A stretch of 64,000 bases of DNA from Eubacteriales bacterium (GCA_045595165.1 JAZNZY010000001.1:467-64466); one strand, 5' to 3'. Counted from the stretch's first letter, positions 50,040 through 58,393 are shown. Notes: a model not told the origin generated them from the sequence alone. A program made the numbers and translations.

Positions 50040-51278
50040 ATGCCACTTGCCGATTCCATCCGCCCCACGACCCTTGCCGAAATGGCAGGTCAGGAGCATT
50101 TATTACAAAACGGCGCCCCGTTGCGCCGCATATTGGAAAGCGGACATTTGCCCTCCATGATATTTTACGGTCCCCCCGGCACGGGAAAGACCACCCTTGC
50201 AAATATCGCGGCGAAATTGACCGAAAAACAGATTTTCCGCATAAACGCCACCACTGCATCTCTTTCCGACGTAAAAGAGGTTTTACAGGAAACGGACAGT
50301 CTGTTTTCCGCAGGGGGAATACTGCTGTATATCGATGAAATTCAGTATTTCAACAAAAAGCAGCAGCAGGCGCTCCTCGAATACGTGGAGGACGGCAGAG
50401 TTACCCTTATTTGCTCCACCACCGAAAACCCCTATTTCGCCCTGTACGGCGCGTTACTTTCCAGAAGCACGGTTTTTGAATTCAAGCCCGTGTCCCCAAA
50501 GGAATGTCTTAAAACCTTAAAGCGGGGTCTTGAAGCGCTTAACGAGCAAACGAACGGTAACAAAAAGTGCGATGACGCCTTGCTTTTGGATATTGCATCC
50601 GGTTGCGGCGGGGACGTGAGAAAATCTCTTACCGCGCTTGAAAACCTGTATTACGCCAGCGTGGGCGACGAGATCGAAAAGGATTTTGCAAACAGCCTCA
50701 TTCAGAGAAGCGGTATGCGGTTTGACGTTAGCGGCGACGTGCATTACGATATCCTTTCCGCATTCCAGAAATCTATTCGCGGCAGCGACGAAAACGCCGC
50801 TGTCCATTACCTTGCCCGTCTTCTTGCGGGAGGAGATCTCCTTTCCCCCTGCAGACGTCTGCTGGTTATCGCCAGCGAGGATATAGGACTTGCCTACCCT
50901 CAGGCGGTGAGTATGGTAAAAGCCTGCGTGGATTCAGCCCTTCACCTCGGTCTGCCCGAAGCGGGACTCCCTCTGGCTGAGGCTACCATTCTTCTTGCCA
51001 CCGCGCCAAAGAGTAATTCCGCATCTGCCGCATATTGGGCGGCGATGGAGGACGTGGAAAACGGACTTGCCGTTTCTGTTCCCTCTCATTTGCAGGATAC
51101 CCATTATTCCGGCGCGAAAAAATTGGGCAGAGGCGGATATAAATATCCCCACGCATATCCCAATAACTTCGTGGAACAGCAGTACCTGCCCGACGAACTG
51201 AAGGACAAGGTGTACTACGTACCGGGAACCAATAAGACCGAGCAAGCCATGAAGGAATATTGGTTAAAAGTAAAATGA
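50040..51278 (+). CDS. rarA: Replication-associated recombination protein A (RarA/MgsA)
   Basis: PLADSIRP, GPPGTGKTT, IDEIQYFNK, AFQKSIRGSD, ASEDIGLA. Confidence 0.95.
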   Translation: MPLADSIRPTTLAEMAGQEHLLQNGAPLRRILESGHLPSMIFYGPPGTGKTTLANIAAKLTEKQIFRINATTASLSDVKEVLQETDSLFSAGGILLYIDEIQYFNKKQQQALLEYVEDGRVTLICSTTENPYFALYGALLSRSTVFEFKPVSPKECLKTLKRGLEALNEQTNGNKKCDDALLLDIASGCGGDVRKSLTALENLYYASVGDEIEKDFANSLIQRSGMRFDVSGDVHYDILSAFQKSIRGSDENAAVHYLARLLAGGDLLSPCRRLLVIASEDIGLAYPQAVSMVKACVDSALHLGLPEAGLPLAEATILLATAPKSNSASAAYWAAMEDVENGLAVSVPSHLQDTHYSGAKKLGRGGYKYPHAYPNNFVEQQYLPDELKDKVYYVPGTNKTEQAMKEYWLKVK

Positions 51279-51394
51279 GGAATGCGGAATGCGACGCGAT
51301 GCAAAGCATCGCTAAATGAGGAATTTCGGAAGATTTTTGTTCACAGAACAAAAATCAACCATCATTTCTCATTCATCATTCATCATTCCTCATT
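51274..51394. repeat. H element with two cores
   Basis: Near-identical to 3420-3540; supplies the rarA stop. Confidence 0.9.
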
Positions 51395-51401
51395 AAAAAA
51401 T

Positions 51402-51428
51402 AAAATCCCGTGGTGTCCACGGGATTTT
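51402..51428. terminator. Bidirectional terminator (same family as 40255)
   Basis: AAAATCCCGTGG-TGT-CCACGGGATTTT. Confidence 0.75.
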
Positions 51429-51442
51429 GTTTTTGCAAAAAA

Positions 51443-51706
51443 TTATTCAGCGGTTTCTTCCTTGATCATCTTGGGGATACCCATATCGATGGTGCCGAGC
51501 TGAGCCTGGAATTCTTCTTCGGTCATCTGAAGAACCTTGATGCCCTGGATGATACCCATGATACCGTTAATGGTAGCCATAACGCCGAAGGTTACGCAGG
51601 AAAGAACGATTCTGATAACGCCTGCCTTGGTTTGGCCCTGAATGAAGCAGGGAACGCCGTATGCGTTGAACAGAATGGTAAGAATACCGAAAAGTGTCTT
51701 GTTCAT
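51443..51706 (-). CDS. Small TM2-like membrane protein
   Basis: AGGAG SD; LFNAYGVPCFIQGQTKAGVIRI followed by a TM helix, resembling the TM2 pattern. Confidence 0.65.
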   Translation of the reverse strand: MNKTLFGILTILFNAYGVPCFIQGQTKAGVIRIVLSCVTFGVMATINGIMGIIQGIKVLQMTEEEFQAQLGTIDMGIPKMIKEETAE

Positions 51707-51859
51707 AATATGTACTCCTTAATAAATTTACTGTGAATATATTATATATTTAAATGTATAAAATGTCAATATTATTTTAAATTTGTTTTTGTTGCTTTTT
51801 GTTATTCTGCGTGGTATAATTAAACGTTAAAATATATTCTTATCCGGAGAATAGAAGCT

Positions 51860-52246
51860 ATGACAAGACGTGAATCCCGCGAGGCGGCTCTTTGCCTCAT
51901 TTACGAGCAGACTTTTTCCCCCGAAATAAGCACCGACGAGATTATTGAAAAAGCAAGGGAGATCCGCGAAGAGAAGGTTTCGGATTTTGCCGCCACCCTC
52001 TTTAACGGTGTTTGCCAGAATACCCAAAACCTTGACCTGCGTATTTCTGCCGCGGCGGAAAAATGGTCGCTGGACAGAATTTCCCGCGTTTCCCTTTCCG
52101 TACTGCGCCTCGCCGCATACGAGATAATATATCTGGGCACCGAGAAGCAGATCGCCGTTAACGAAGCATTGGAGCTGGCGAGAAAATATGATGATGAGAA
52201 AGCGGTAAGCTTTATTAATGGAGTACTTGCAGGCATAATAAATTAG
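51860..52246 (+). CDS. nusB: Transcription antitermination factor NusB
   Basis: TRRESREAA, WSLDRIS, AVNEALELA, FINGVL. Confidence 0.95.
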   Translation: MTRRESREAALCLIYEQTFSPEISTDEIIEKAREIREEKVSDFAATLFNGVCQNTQNLDLRISAAAEKWSLDRISRVSLSVLRLAAYEIIYLGTEKQIAVNEALELARKYDDEKAVSFINGVLAGIIN

Positions 52247-52483
52247 GACATCCTCATTCGGCGCAGAACCAAAAACGCAAAAGCAAGAGTAAAATGTTTC
52301 GATAACCGTAGGGACAGACGTCCTCGGCTGTCCGCCTCTATTAGTTCAGAGGTAGAAATTCTTACAGAATTTCCTTATATTTTATTTATTTTGCGTTTTT
52401 GTAGAAATTTTCGCGTCGCTCGCTGTAGTTTACTACAGCTACCGCTAACGAAAATTTCTTCTGCATCCAAATGAGTTAGTCCT
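52245..52483 (-). repeat. L element copy 7 (inverted)
   Basis: AGGAC-ATC-CTCATTCGG...CCAAATGAG-TTA-GTCCT. Confidence 0.92.
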
Positions 52484-52510
52484 TAGTATCTATTTTTTTG
52501 GAGTCTTTTC

Positions 52511-53701
52511 TTGGAACAAAAAGCCATCACCGTCACCCAATTAAACAACTACATAAAAGGTATCCTCGAAAACATACCTCCTCTCAGGGACATATACGTT
52601 AAGGGCGAGATAAGCAATTATTCTCCAAACCGCACGGGGCACGTATTTTTTACCCTTAAGGACGAGGGAAGCTTAATTCCCGCGGTGATGTTTAAATATG
52701 ACCTTTCACAGATAACCTTCAAGCCCGAAAACGGCATGAAGGTGATTTGCCGCGGGCGGATTAGCGCATACCCCGCCCAGGGAAAATACCAGCTGTACGT
52801 TTCCGAAATGACACCCGACGGGGTGGGAAGCCTTTATATCGCCTTTGAGCAGTTGAAGGCGAAGCTGGCGGAGGAAGGCTTATTTGACGAGCGTTATAAA
52901 AAGCCCATACCGAAAATTCCCCACCGTATCGGCATTATTACCGCACCCACGGGGGCTGCGGTGAGAGATATGATCACCGTAACGGGCAGGCGCTTTCCTG
53001 CGGCGGAGATACGGCTTTACCCCTCTTTGGTGCAGGGTGAAAACGCCCCTGCGGACCTGATAAAAGCACTGGATTATTTCGATAAAGAGGGCAAGTGCGA
53101 CGTAATAATTATCGGCAGAGGGGGCGGAAGCATTGAGGACCTTTGGGCGTTTAATAACGAAGCGTTAGCCAGAAGGATATTTGCCTGCCGTATTCCCGTA
53201 ATTTCCGCGGTGGGACACGAAACGGATTTCACCATTGCGGATTTCGTGGCGGACAAGCGTGCGCCTACACCGAGCGCGGCGGCGGAGATCGCCGTGCCCG
53301 ACGCAAAGGACACAAAACGACAGCTTTTGAACGTTTCAAAACGGCTGGAGAGCATACTTAATATGTATATTAAGGACAGACGGGTGCACGTTAAGGAGCT
53401 TGCCTCCTCCCGCGCAATGACAGTCCCCAGAAGCGCAATTGACGAAAAGCGGCTTGCTTTAAGCGCCCTTGACAACCGTATGTGCAGGACTATGGACGGT
53501 TACCTGCACCGCGCGGGTGCAAAAAAAGACACGCTGTGCGCAAAGCTGGAGTCCTTAAATCCCCTTGCAATTCTGGCGCGAGGTTACGGCGCCGCGTTTG
53601 ACAAGGACGGAAAGATTATTAAAAGTATCGACCAGATAAATTCGGGTGATATTTTCACTCTGCGGTTATCCGACGGAGAAATGGAGGCTATTAAAAAATG
53701 A
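52511..53701 (+). CDS. xseA: Exodeoxyribonuclease VII large subunit
   Basis: VKGEISNY, GHVFFTLKD, GRGGGSIEDLWAFN, AVGHETD, LARGY; TTG start. Confidence 0.96.
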   Translation: MEQKAITVTQLNNYIKGILENIPPLRDIYVKGEISNYSPNRTGHVFFTLKDEGSLIPAVMFKYDLSQITFKPENGMKVICRGRISAYPAQGKYQLYVSEMTPDGVGSLYIAFEQLKAKLAEEGLFDERYKKPIPKIPHRIGIITAPTGAAVRDMITVTGRRFPAAEIRLYPSLVQGENAPADLIKALDYFDKEGKCDVIIIGRGGGSIEDLWAFNNEALARRIFACRIPVISAVGHETDFTIADFVADKRAPTPSAAAEIAVPDAKDTKRQLLNVSKRLESILNMYIKDRRVHVKELASSRAMTVPRSAIDEKRLALSALDNRMCRTMDGYLHRAGAKKDTLCAKLESLNPLAILARGYGAAFDKDGKIIKSIDQINSGDIFTLRLSDGEMEAIKK

Positions 53702-53919
53702 ACGATAAATATACATTTGAGCAAGCCCTGGCACGTCTTGAAGAGATAGTAAAGGGATTGGAAAACGGTTCTCTGCCGTTGGATAAAAGTATTGAGCTGT
53801 TTGAAGAAGGTAACGCTTTGGTAAAGCTTTGCACACAAAAATTGGATGCGGCAGAGCAAAAGGTGCGTATTCTTACAGAAACCGCCACCGGTATTACGGA
53901 GAGTGATTTTAATGCGTGA
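53698..53919 (+). CDS. xseB: Exodeoxyribonuclease VII small subunit
   Basis: TFEQALARLEEIV, LDKSIELFEEG. Confidence 0.95.
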   Translation: MNDKYTFEQALARLEEIVKGLENGSLPLDKSIELFEEGNALVKLCTQKLDAAEQKVRILTETATGITESDFNA

Positions 53920-54775
53920 AATTATTGCGCAAAAGGTAAACGAATATTTAAAAAAATCCCTTTCCTGCCCATCGGATGCGGCATACAAAAAGCTGTATGA
54001 TTCTATGAATTATTCTGTTGATGCCGGCGGAAAGCGGATCCGCCCCTATTTATGCGCGGAATTTTACTGTATGCTTTCGGGAAGTGAAGATTTCACCCCC
54101 GTCATTCCCTACTGCGCGGCGGTGGAGATGGTACATACATCATCTCTTATTCACGATGACCTGCCTGCAATGGATAACGACGTATTGCGGAGAGGAATTC
54201 CCACAAACCACGTAAAATTCGGGGAAGCCACGGCAATTTTGGCGGGAGATACTCTGCTTCTCAAAGCTTGCCAAGCGGCGGCATCCAACCCGTATCTGGA
54301 CGGAAAGACCAACGCGGCGGCTTGTGCGCTTATTGCGAGAAAAAGCTGCGGTATGATGGCGGGACAGCAAATAGACCTGATATCATCGACTTTTTCTACA
54401 AAATTAGATGAACTTATACAGCTTCAATCATTAAAAACAGGATGCCTGCTTTCTCTTTCCTGTATGCTGGGCGCATTGGCGGCAGGTAAAGATCCCGAGC
54501 CTGCGGAAGCATTCGGAACCGTATACGGTCTGCTGTTCCAGATAACCGATGATCTTCTGGATTCCGACCCCGATTCCGACACGGGCAAAACCCGAGGCAA
54601 GGACGAGCGTGACCATAAAGCCACGTTTGTAACCCTGCTTGGCAGAGAAAAAGCGGAAAAAAGAGCAGACGATCTGCTTAAAGCCGCTATAAAAACGCTG
54701 GATTCCTTTGCTGAAAGCGAAAGCAAGCGCAGACTTACAGAGCTGTGCAACAAAACAAGATACAGAAAAAATTAA
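53912..54775 (+). CDS. ispA: Polyprenyl (farnesyl/geranyl) diphosphate synthase
   Basis: GGKRIRP, LIHDDLPAMDND, RRG, FQITDDLLD. Confidence 0.92.
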   Translation: MREIIAQKVNEYLKKSLSCPSDAAYKKLYDSMNYSVDAGGKRIRPYLCAEFYCMLSGSEDFTPVIPYCAAVEMVHTSSLIHDDLPAMDNDVLRRGIPTNHVKFGEATAILAGDTLLLKACQAAASNPYLDGKTNAAACALIARKSCGMMAGQQIDLISSTFSTKLDELIQLQSLKTGCLLSLSCMLGALAAGKDPEPAEAFGTVYGLLFQITDDLLDSDPDSDTGKTRGKDERDHKATFVTLLGREKAEKRADDLLKAAIKTLDSFAESESKRRLTELCNKTRYRKN

Positions 54776-54796
54776 CCTGCGAGAGCAGGTTTTTTT
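54774..54796 (+). terminator. Intrinsic terminator after ispA
   Basis: AACCTGC-GAGA-GCAGGTT plus T run. Confidence 0.75.
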
Positions 54797-54928
54797 GCAT
54801 CCTGCGGATGCGTGATATGTTGCGTACCGCAACGTGATATGAACACTCCGTGTTCGTGATATGCCACTGCGGGGCGTGATATGTTGCTACGCAACGTTTG
54901 GGTAGTTTTTTGCGAGAACGCAAAAAAC
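54797..54928 (+). repeat. G array copy 1: five triloop hairpins joined by GTGATAT, then an H-type core
   Basis: GCATCC-TGC-GGATGC, GTTGCG-TAC-CGCAAC, GAACAC-TCC-GTGTTC, GCCAC-TGC-GGGGC, GTTGC-TAC-GCAAC. Confidence 0.9.
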
Positions 54929-54950
54929 AATTAATTAAAATTATTGATAT

Positions 54951-55200
54951 GTAACGTCTGTAATAACTAAAAGTCTGATTGAAGCCGGCGGCTGTATAAA
55001 CAAACCAGAATGAATTTTCAGGCGCGGGGTGCTGTAGAAATCTACTGCCCCCCGACTGAAAATTTATAGAAAAACGCAAATAAAAATAAAAAGAAATCCG
55101 TATAAAACGGATTTCTACATTAAGATGAACAAAAAAGAAACGGCAAAGAAAAAAATCTTCTTTGCCGTACTTTTATTTATCTGTTTGCGTTTTTCGGTCT
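54951..55200 (+). repeat. L element variant (copy 8) containing the probable jag terminator hairpin (55140-55168)
   Basis: ATGTAACGTCTGTA extension, TTTTCAG..GCTGTAG-AAAT-CTACTGC..CTGAAAA, AAAAACGCAAA...TTTGCGTTTTT. Confidence 0.75.
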
Positions 55201-55221
55201 GGGAAGTTTAGACAGTCGCCG

Positions 55222-55863
55222 TTACTTTCGATTTTTTTCTTTGCCTTCCAGACATATTACTATGCGTCTTTCCGCATCCTGACCGATAGAATATGTAGCC
55301 ACGCCGGCGATCTTCTGGATCTCGGTATGGATAACACGTCTTTCATAGGGATTCATAGGCTCAAGAGCAAAGCTTCTCTTAAACTTGAGTACCTTTTCTG
55401 CCTGCTTCTGCGCAAGGCGGCGGAGGGTTTCCTCACGCTTTTCGCGGTAGCCCTCAACATCCAGCGTTATGCGGTAAAACCCATCGTAAACGCGGTTTGC
55501 GGCGAGGGAAGCGAGATACTGCAGGGAATCCAAAACTTCGCCGTGGCGTCCGATAAGCGAGCCCAAGCCCTTTCCGGATACTACGAGGGTAGCTTCGTCT
55601 TTCTTTTCTTCCTTGACGCTTACCTGGGCGGTAAGGCCCATATCACCCAAAACCTTTTCAACAAATTCAACTGCTTTGCTTGCGGGGGTTATTTGTATAT
55701 ATACTCTTACCTTTGCGTTGGAAGCGCCGATACCAAGGAAGCCCTTGCTGGGCTGCTCCAGCACCTCAAATTCAACGGAGGTAAGATCTGTGCCAAGCTC
55801 CTGCGCGCCCAATTCAACGGCGGCTTCGATAGTCTTGGCAGATACAATAGCTTCTCTTACCAT
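55222..55863 (-). CDS. jag: Jag/EloR (KhpB) RNA-binding protein
   Basis: Jag_N (AKTIEAAV...SKGFLGIG), KH (LIGRHGEVLDSLQYL), R3H (PMNPYERRVIH). Confidence 0.95.
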   Translation of the reverse strand: MVREAIVSAKTIEAAVELGAQELGTDLTSVEFEVLEQPSKGFLGIGASNAKVRVYIQITPASKAVEFVEKVLGDMGLTAQVSVKEEKKDEATLVVSGKGLGSLIGRHGEVLDSLQYLASLAANRVYDGFYRITLDVEGYREKREETLRRLAQKQAEKVLKFKRSFALEPMNPYERRVIHTEIQKIAGVATYSIGQDAERRIVICLEGKEKNRK

Positions 55864-55866
55864 TGC

Positions 55867-57276
55867 TTACTCCTTATCTGTCTTTTCGGTCTTTTCGTCA
55901 AGACCGGTAGAACGTTTTGCGGGAAGCTCGCTTTCGTCAACGGACAGCATCTTTATTCTTCTGGTGCCGGCAGCGGGCTTTTCTTCTTCGCCCTCCGCAG
56001 CATCGGAAACCTTTAATCCGTCATAGGAATGATCATCCTCGTCTACTTCGATAACGATCTTCTTTTTCTTCTTTGTCTTGGTTACTTCTTTAATAGCCGC
56101 CTTTATCTCTTCCTCGGTATAAGTGGGGATAGGATAAACCTTGGCGAAGATAAGCTGTTTACCCATAGAGAATACGCTTCTCCATACCCAGTAAACGCCC
56201 AGTGCCGCCTGGAAGCTGAATGCAAACCAAAGGGACATAAGGGGCATACCCCATTCCATCATCTTGCCGCCGGGCATCTTGACGGGGTTTCCGTCCGCAT
56301 CCAGATTCTGAGGCTGAAGCTTTCTGGAAAGCCAGGCAGACATAAAGGATGTGAGGAATACCAAAAGGGGAATGATAACCAGCCAGTTTATATTCTTTAT
56401 ACTGGGAGTATCCAGCAGGGATCTTCCGAACATAGAGTAATTGGGAAGTTCCTGAATAGCGTTATAATATACGTCGGTTTCTTCGTAATCGAAAGCGGTC
56501 TTGAGAATATCATCGGTAGAAGCGGAAAGAAATTCGCCGCAGAGTCCTTTTTCCTCAAGAGGTTCGCGGACGTACATATCGAAATACTCCGTCATTGCGA
56601 CCACGCGGTATTCGTTCTTTACGCTCTTTTTTGCGTCTTCGTGGATATCCTCGTCATCGCTGAAATAGAATGTATATTTATCCGCTTCCTCATCGTAATA
56701 GTACTTATCGCACATAGTCTTTTGGTACTCTGTGAGACCTGCGGAGAAATTCTTGATAAATTCTATCTTTTCCTGCTGTTCTTCGGAAGGCTCTTCGATC
56801 TTTAAAAGCTCATCCAATTCGTAATTTACCTGCTCCTTTACGGTTTCGCACAGCTCGATTGAATTTTTATACATTACGTTGAGCTGATCGTCATCCATAA
56901 AAAGGGTGTACTGCAGGGGCTGGCGTACGATACTGTAAAGTATCATAATAATGGGAAGCTGAATAAGGAGGGGAAGACAGCCGCCAAACATATTGTAGCC
57001 GTTCTTCTGATACATTTCCTGTATCTCCATATTCATTTGCTGCTGAGATTCTTTATCCGTTCTGTTCTTGTACTTGCGCTTTATGGCGATCTCCTTGGGA
57101 CGGAGAGTTGCCTGCTTAACGGAAGATTTCTGCTGCTTGATGGAAAGAGGCAAAAGCACAACTTCCATAATGAGAGAAAAAAGGATTATGGCTACCCAGT
57201 AATAATTCTGGCCTACCCAAAGACAACCCTTCATTACATACCCGAACGGTATGTAAAAAATATCCATAATGTTCAA
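55867..57276 (-). CDS. yidC: Membrane protein insertase YidC with a large insertion
   Basis: LPLSIKQQKS, GCLPLLIQLPI, ALGVYW; canonical position; 469 aa. Confidence 0.92.
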   Translation of the reverse strand: MNIMDIFYIPFGYVMKGCLWVGQNYYWVAIILFSLIMEVVLLPLSIKQQKSSVKQATLRPKEIAIKRKYKNRTDKESQQQMNMEIQEMYQKNGYNMFGGCLPLLIQLPIIMILYSIVRQPLQYTLFMDDDQLNVMYKNSIELCETVKEQVNYELDELLKIEEPSEEQQEKIEFIKNFSAGLTEYQKTMCDKYYYDEEADKYTFYFSDDEDIHEDAKKSVKNEYRVVAMTEYFDMYVREPLEEKGLCGEFLSASTDDILKTAFDYEETDVYYNAIQELPNYSMFGRSLLDTPSIKNINWLVIIPLLVFLTSFMSAWLSRKLQPQNLDADGNPVKMPGGKMMEWGMPLMSLWFAFSFQAALGVYWVWRSVFSMGKQLIFAKVYPIPTYTEEEIKAAIKEVTKTKKKKKIVIEVDEDDHSYDGLKVSDAAEGEEEKPAAGTRRIKMLSVDESELPAKRSTGLDEKTEKTDKE

Positions 57277-57309
57277 TTTTGTTTTCTCTTTTCTTTTTTA
57301 ATTTTTTTG

Positions 57310-57443
57310 TTTTTTGCATTTTTGCAAAAAACATACCGAAACGTTGCGAAGCAACATATCACGTGCGTGAAACGCACATATCACGAACACGGAGTGTTCA
57401 TATCACGTTGCGGTACGCAACATATCACGCATCCGAAGGATGC
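57310..57443 (-). repeat. G array copy 2 (inverted relative to copy 1)
   Basis: ATATCAC x4 between GTTGC-GAA-GCAAC, GTGCGT-GAA-ACGCAC, GAACAC-GGA-GTGTTC, GTTGCG-GTA-CGCAAC, GCATCC-GAA-GGATGC. Confidence 0.9.
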
Positions 57444-57668
57444 TCAACGCTTCCTTTTCGGCACCGGATCGTACCCGCCCTTGCAAAGGGGCTGGCAGCG
57501 CAAAAGCCGCCAAAGGCTTAAAAAAATGCCGATAATAACGCCCCATTCCTCGATCGCCTCGATAGCGTATTGAGAGCAGGTGGGATAAAAACGGCAGTTT
57601 GCCCCAAGAGAGGGTGATACGTGTTTTTGATAAAAGCGTATTGGTGCGGTAAAAATTTTTTTAAACAT
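57444..57668 (-). CDS. yidD: Membrane protein insertion efficiency factor YidD
   Basis: [31 protein letters not shown]. Confidence 0.95.
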   Translation of the reverse strand: MFKKIFTAPIRFYQKHVSPSLGANCRFYPTCSQYAIEAIEEWGVIIGIFLSLWRLLRCQPLCKGGYDPVPKRKR

Positions 57669-58035
57669 AGTCTTTTTCCGTATCCTCGCAAAGGAGTGCC
57701 GCCCCGGTCAATATATCTTTAAGCTGGGAATACACAACGGCGCTTGTGGAATTCATACAGCCTTGTCGGGCGACTGCCACTATAATATATCCTTCCTTCA
57801 CTTGCGGATAAAGTCGGCGGAACGCCTCTCTTATGATCCGCTTTGCACGGTTTCTTTCTACCGCTTTTCCCCGTTTTTTTGAAACGGTTATGCCAAGCAT
57901 CGTCTTGGCGGAAGCACGGCGGTTTTTTAAAATATATACCGCCAGCGCCTGACGGGTATGGCATTTTCCTTTTGCATACGCCAACCCGAAAAGGTGATTT
58001 TGCTTGAGGGAAATTACTCTTTTTGTTTCTTGCAA
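57661..58035 (-). CDS. rnpA: Ribonuclease P protein component
   Basis: [23 protein letters not shown]; TTG start after AAAGAGGTG. Confidence 0.93.
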   Translation of the reverse strand: MQETKRVISLKQNHLFGLAYAKGKCHTRQALAVYILKNRRASAKTMLGITVSKKRGKAVERNRAKRIIREAFRRLYPQVKEGYIIVAVARQGCMNSTSAVVYSQLKDILTGAALLCEDTEKDYV

Positions 58036-58087
58036 AATAACCACCTCTTTAAAAAAATTTAAGGGCAAAAAGCAAATGAATAAGGAA

Positions 58088-58110
58088 AAAAACCGACATT
58101 GTCGGTTTTT
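58088..58110 (-). terminator. Hairpin between rpmH and rnpA
   Basis: AAAAACCGAC-ATT-GTCGGTTTTT with U run on the minus strand. Confidence 0.6.
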
Positions 58111-58180
58111 TACCGAAACTATTCATTTTTCACTTTTACTTTTTACTTTCACTTATTAATTTTAAAACTGCGTTTTTAAA

Positions 58181-58315
58181 TTAATAAGTGAGTCTTGCTC
58201 TGCCCTTAGCGCGTCTTCTCTTAAGAACCTTTCTGCCGTTAGCGGTAGCCATTCTCTTTCTGAAGCCGTGTTCTTTCTGTCTGTGGATCTTTTTAGGCTG
58301 ATATGTTCTGAGCAT
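58181..58315 (-). CDS. rpmH: 50S ribosomal protein L34
   Basis: [39 protein letters not shown]; GGAGG SD. Confidence 0.98.
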   Translation of the reverse strand: MLRTYQPKKIHRQKEHGFRKRMATANGRKVLKRRRAKGRARLTY

Positions 58316-58393
58316 TCGGAATGCACCTCCTGATAAATATTCAAAGTAAATTATTTTTGCGCCGTTTTTCCTGCGTAAAAGCAGGCAAAGGAT

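Noticed and set aside
51282-51503. Short ORFs with similar peptides (FVHRTKI, SSFLIPHS; also 41101-41283, 44803-45120, 44864-45127)
   Set aside because: These are translations of H/C repeats, with no SD or coding evidence
54797-54895. Possible CRISPR array
   Set aside because: The constant unit is only 7-9 bp, the intervening units are 13-15 bp palindromes, and no cas genes are present; reported instead as a G array
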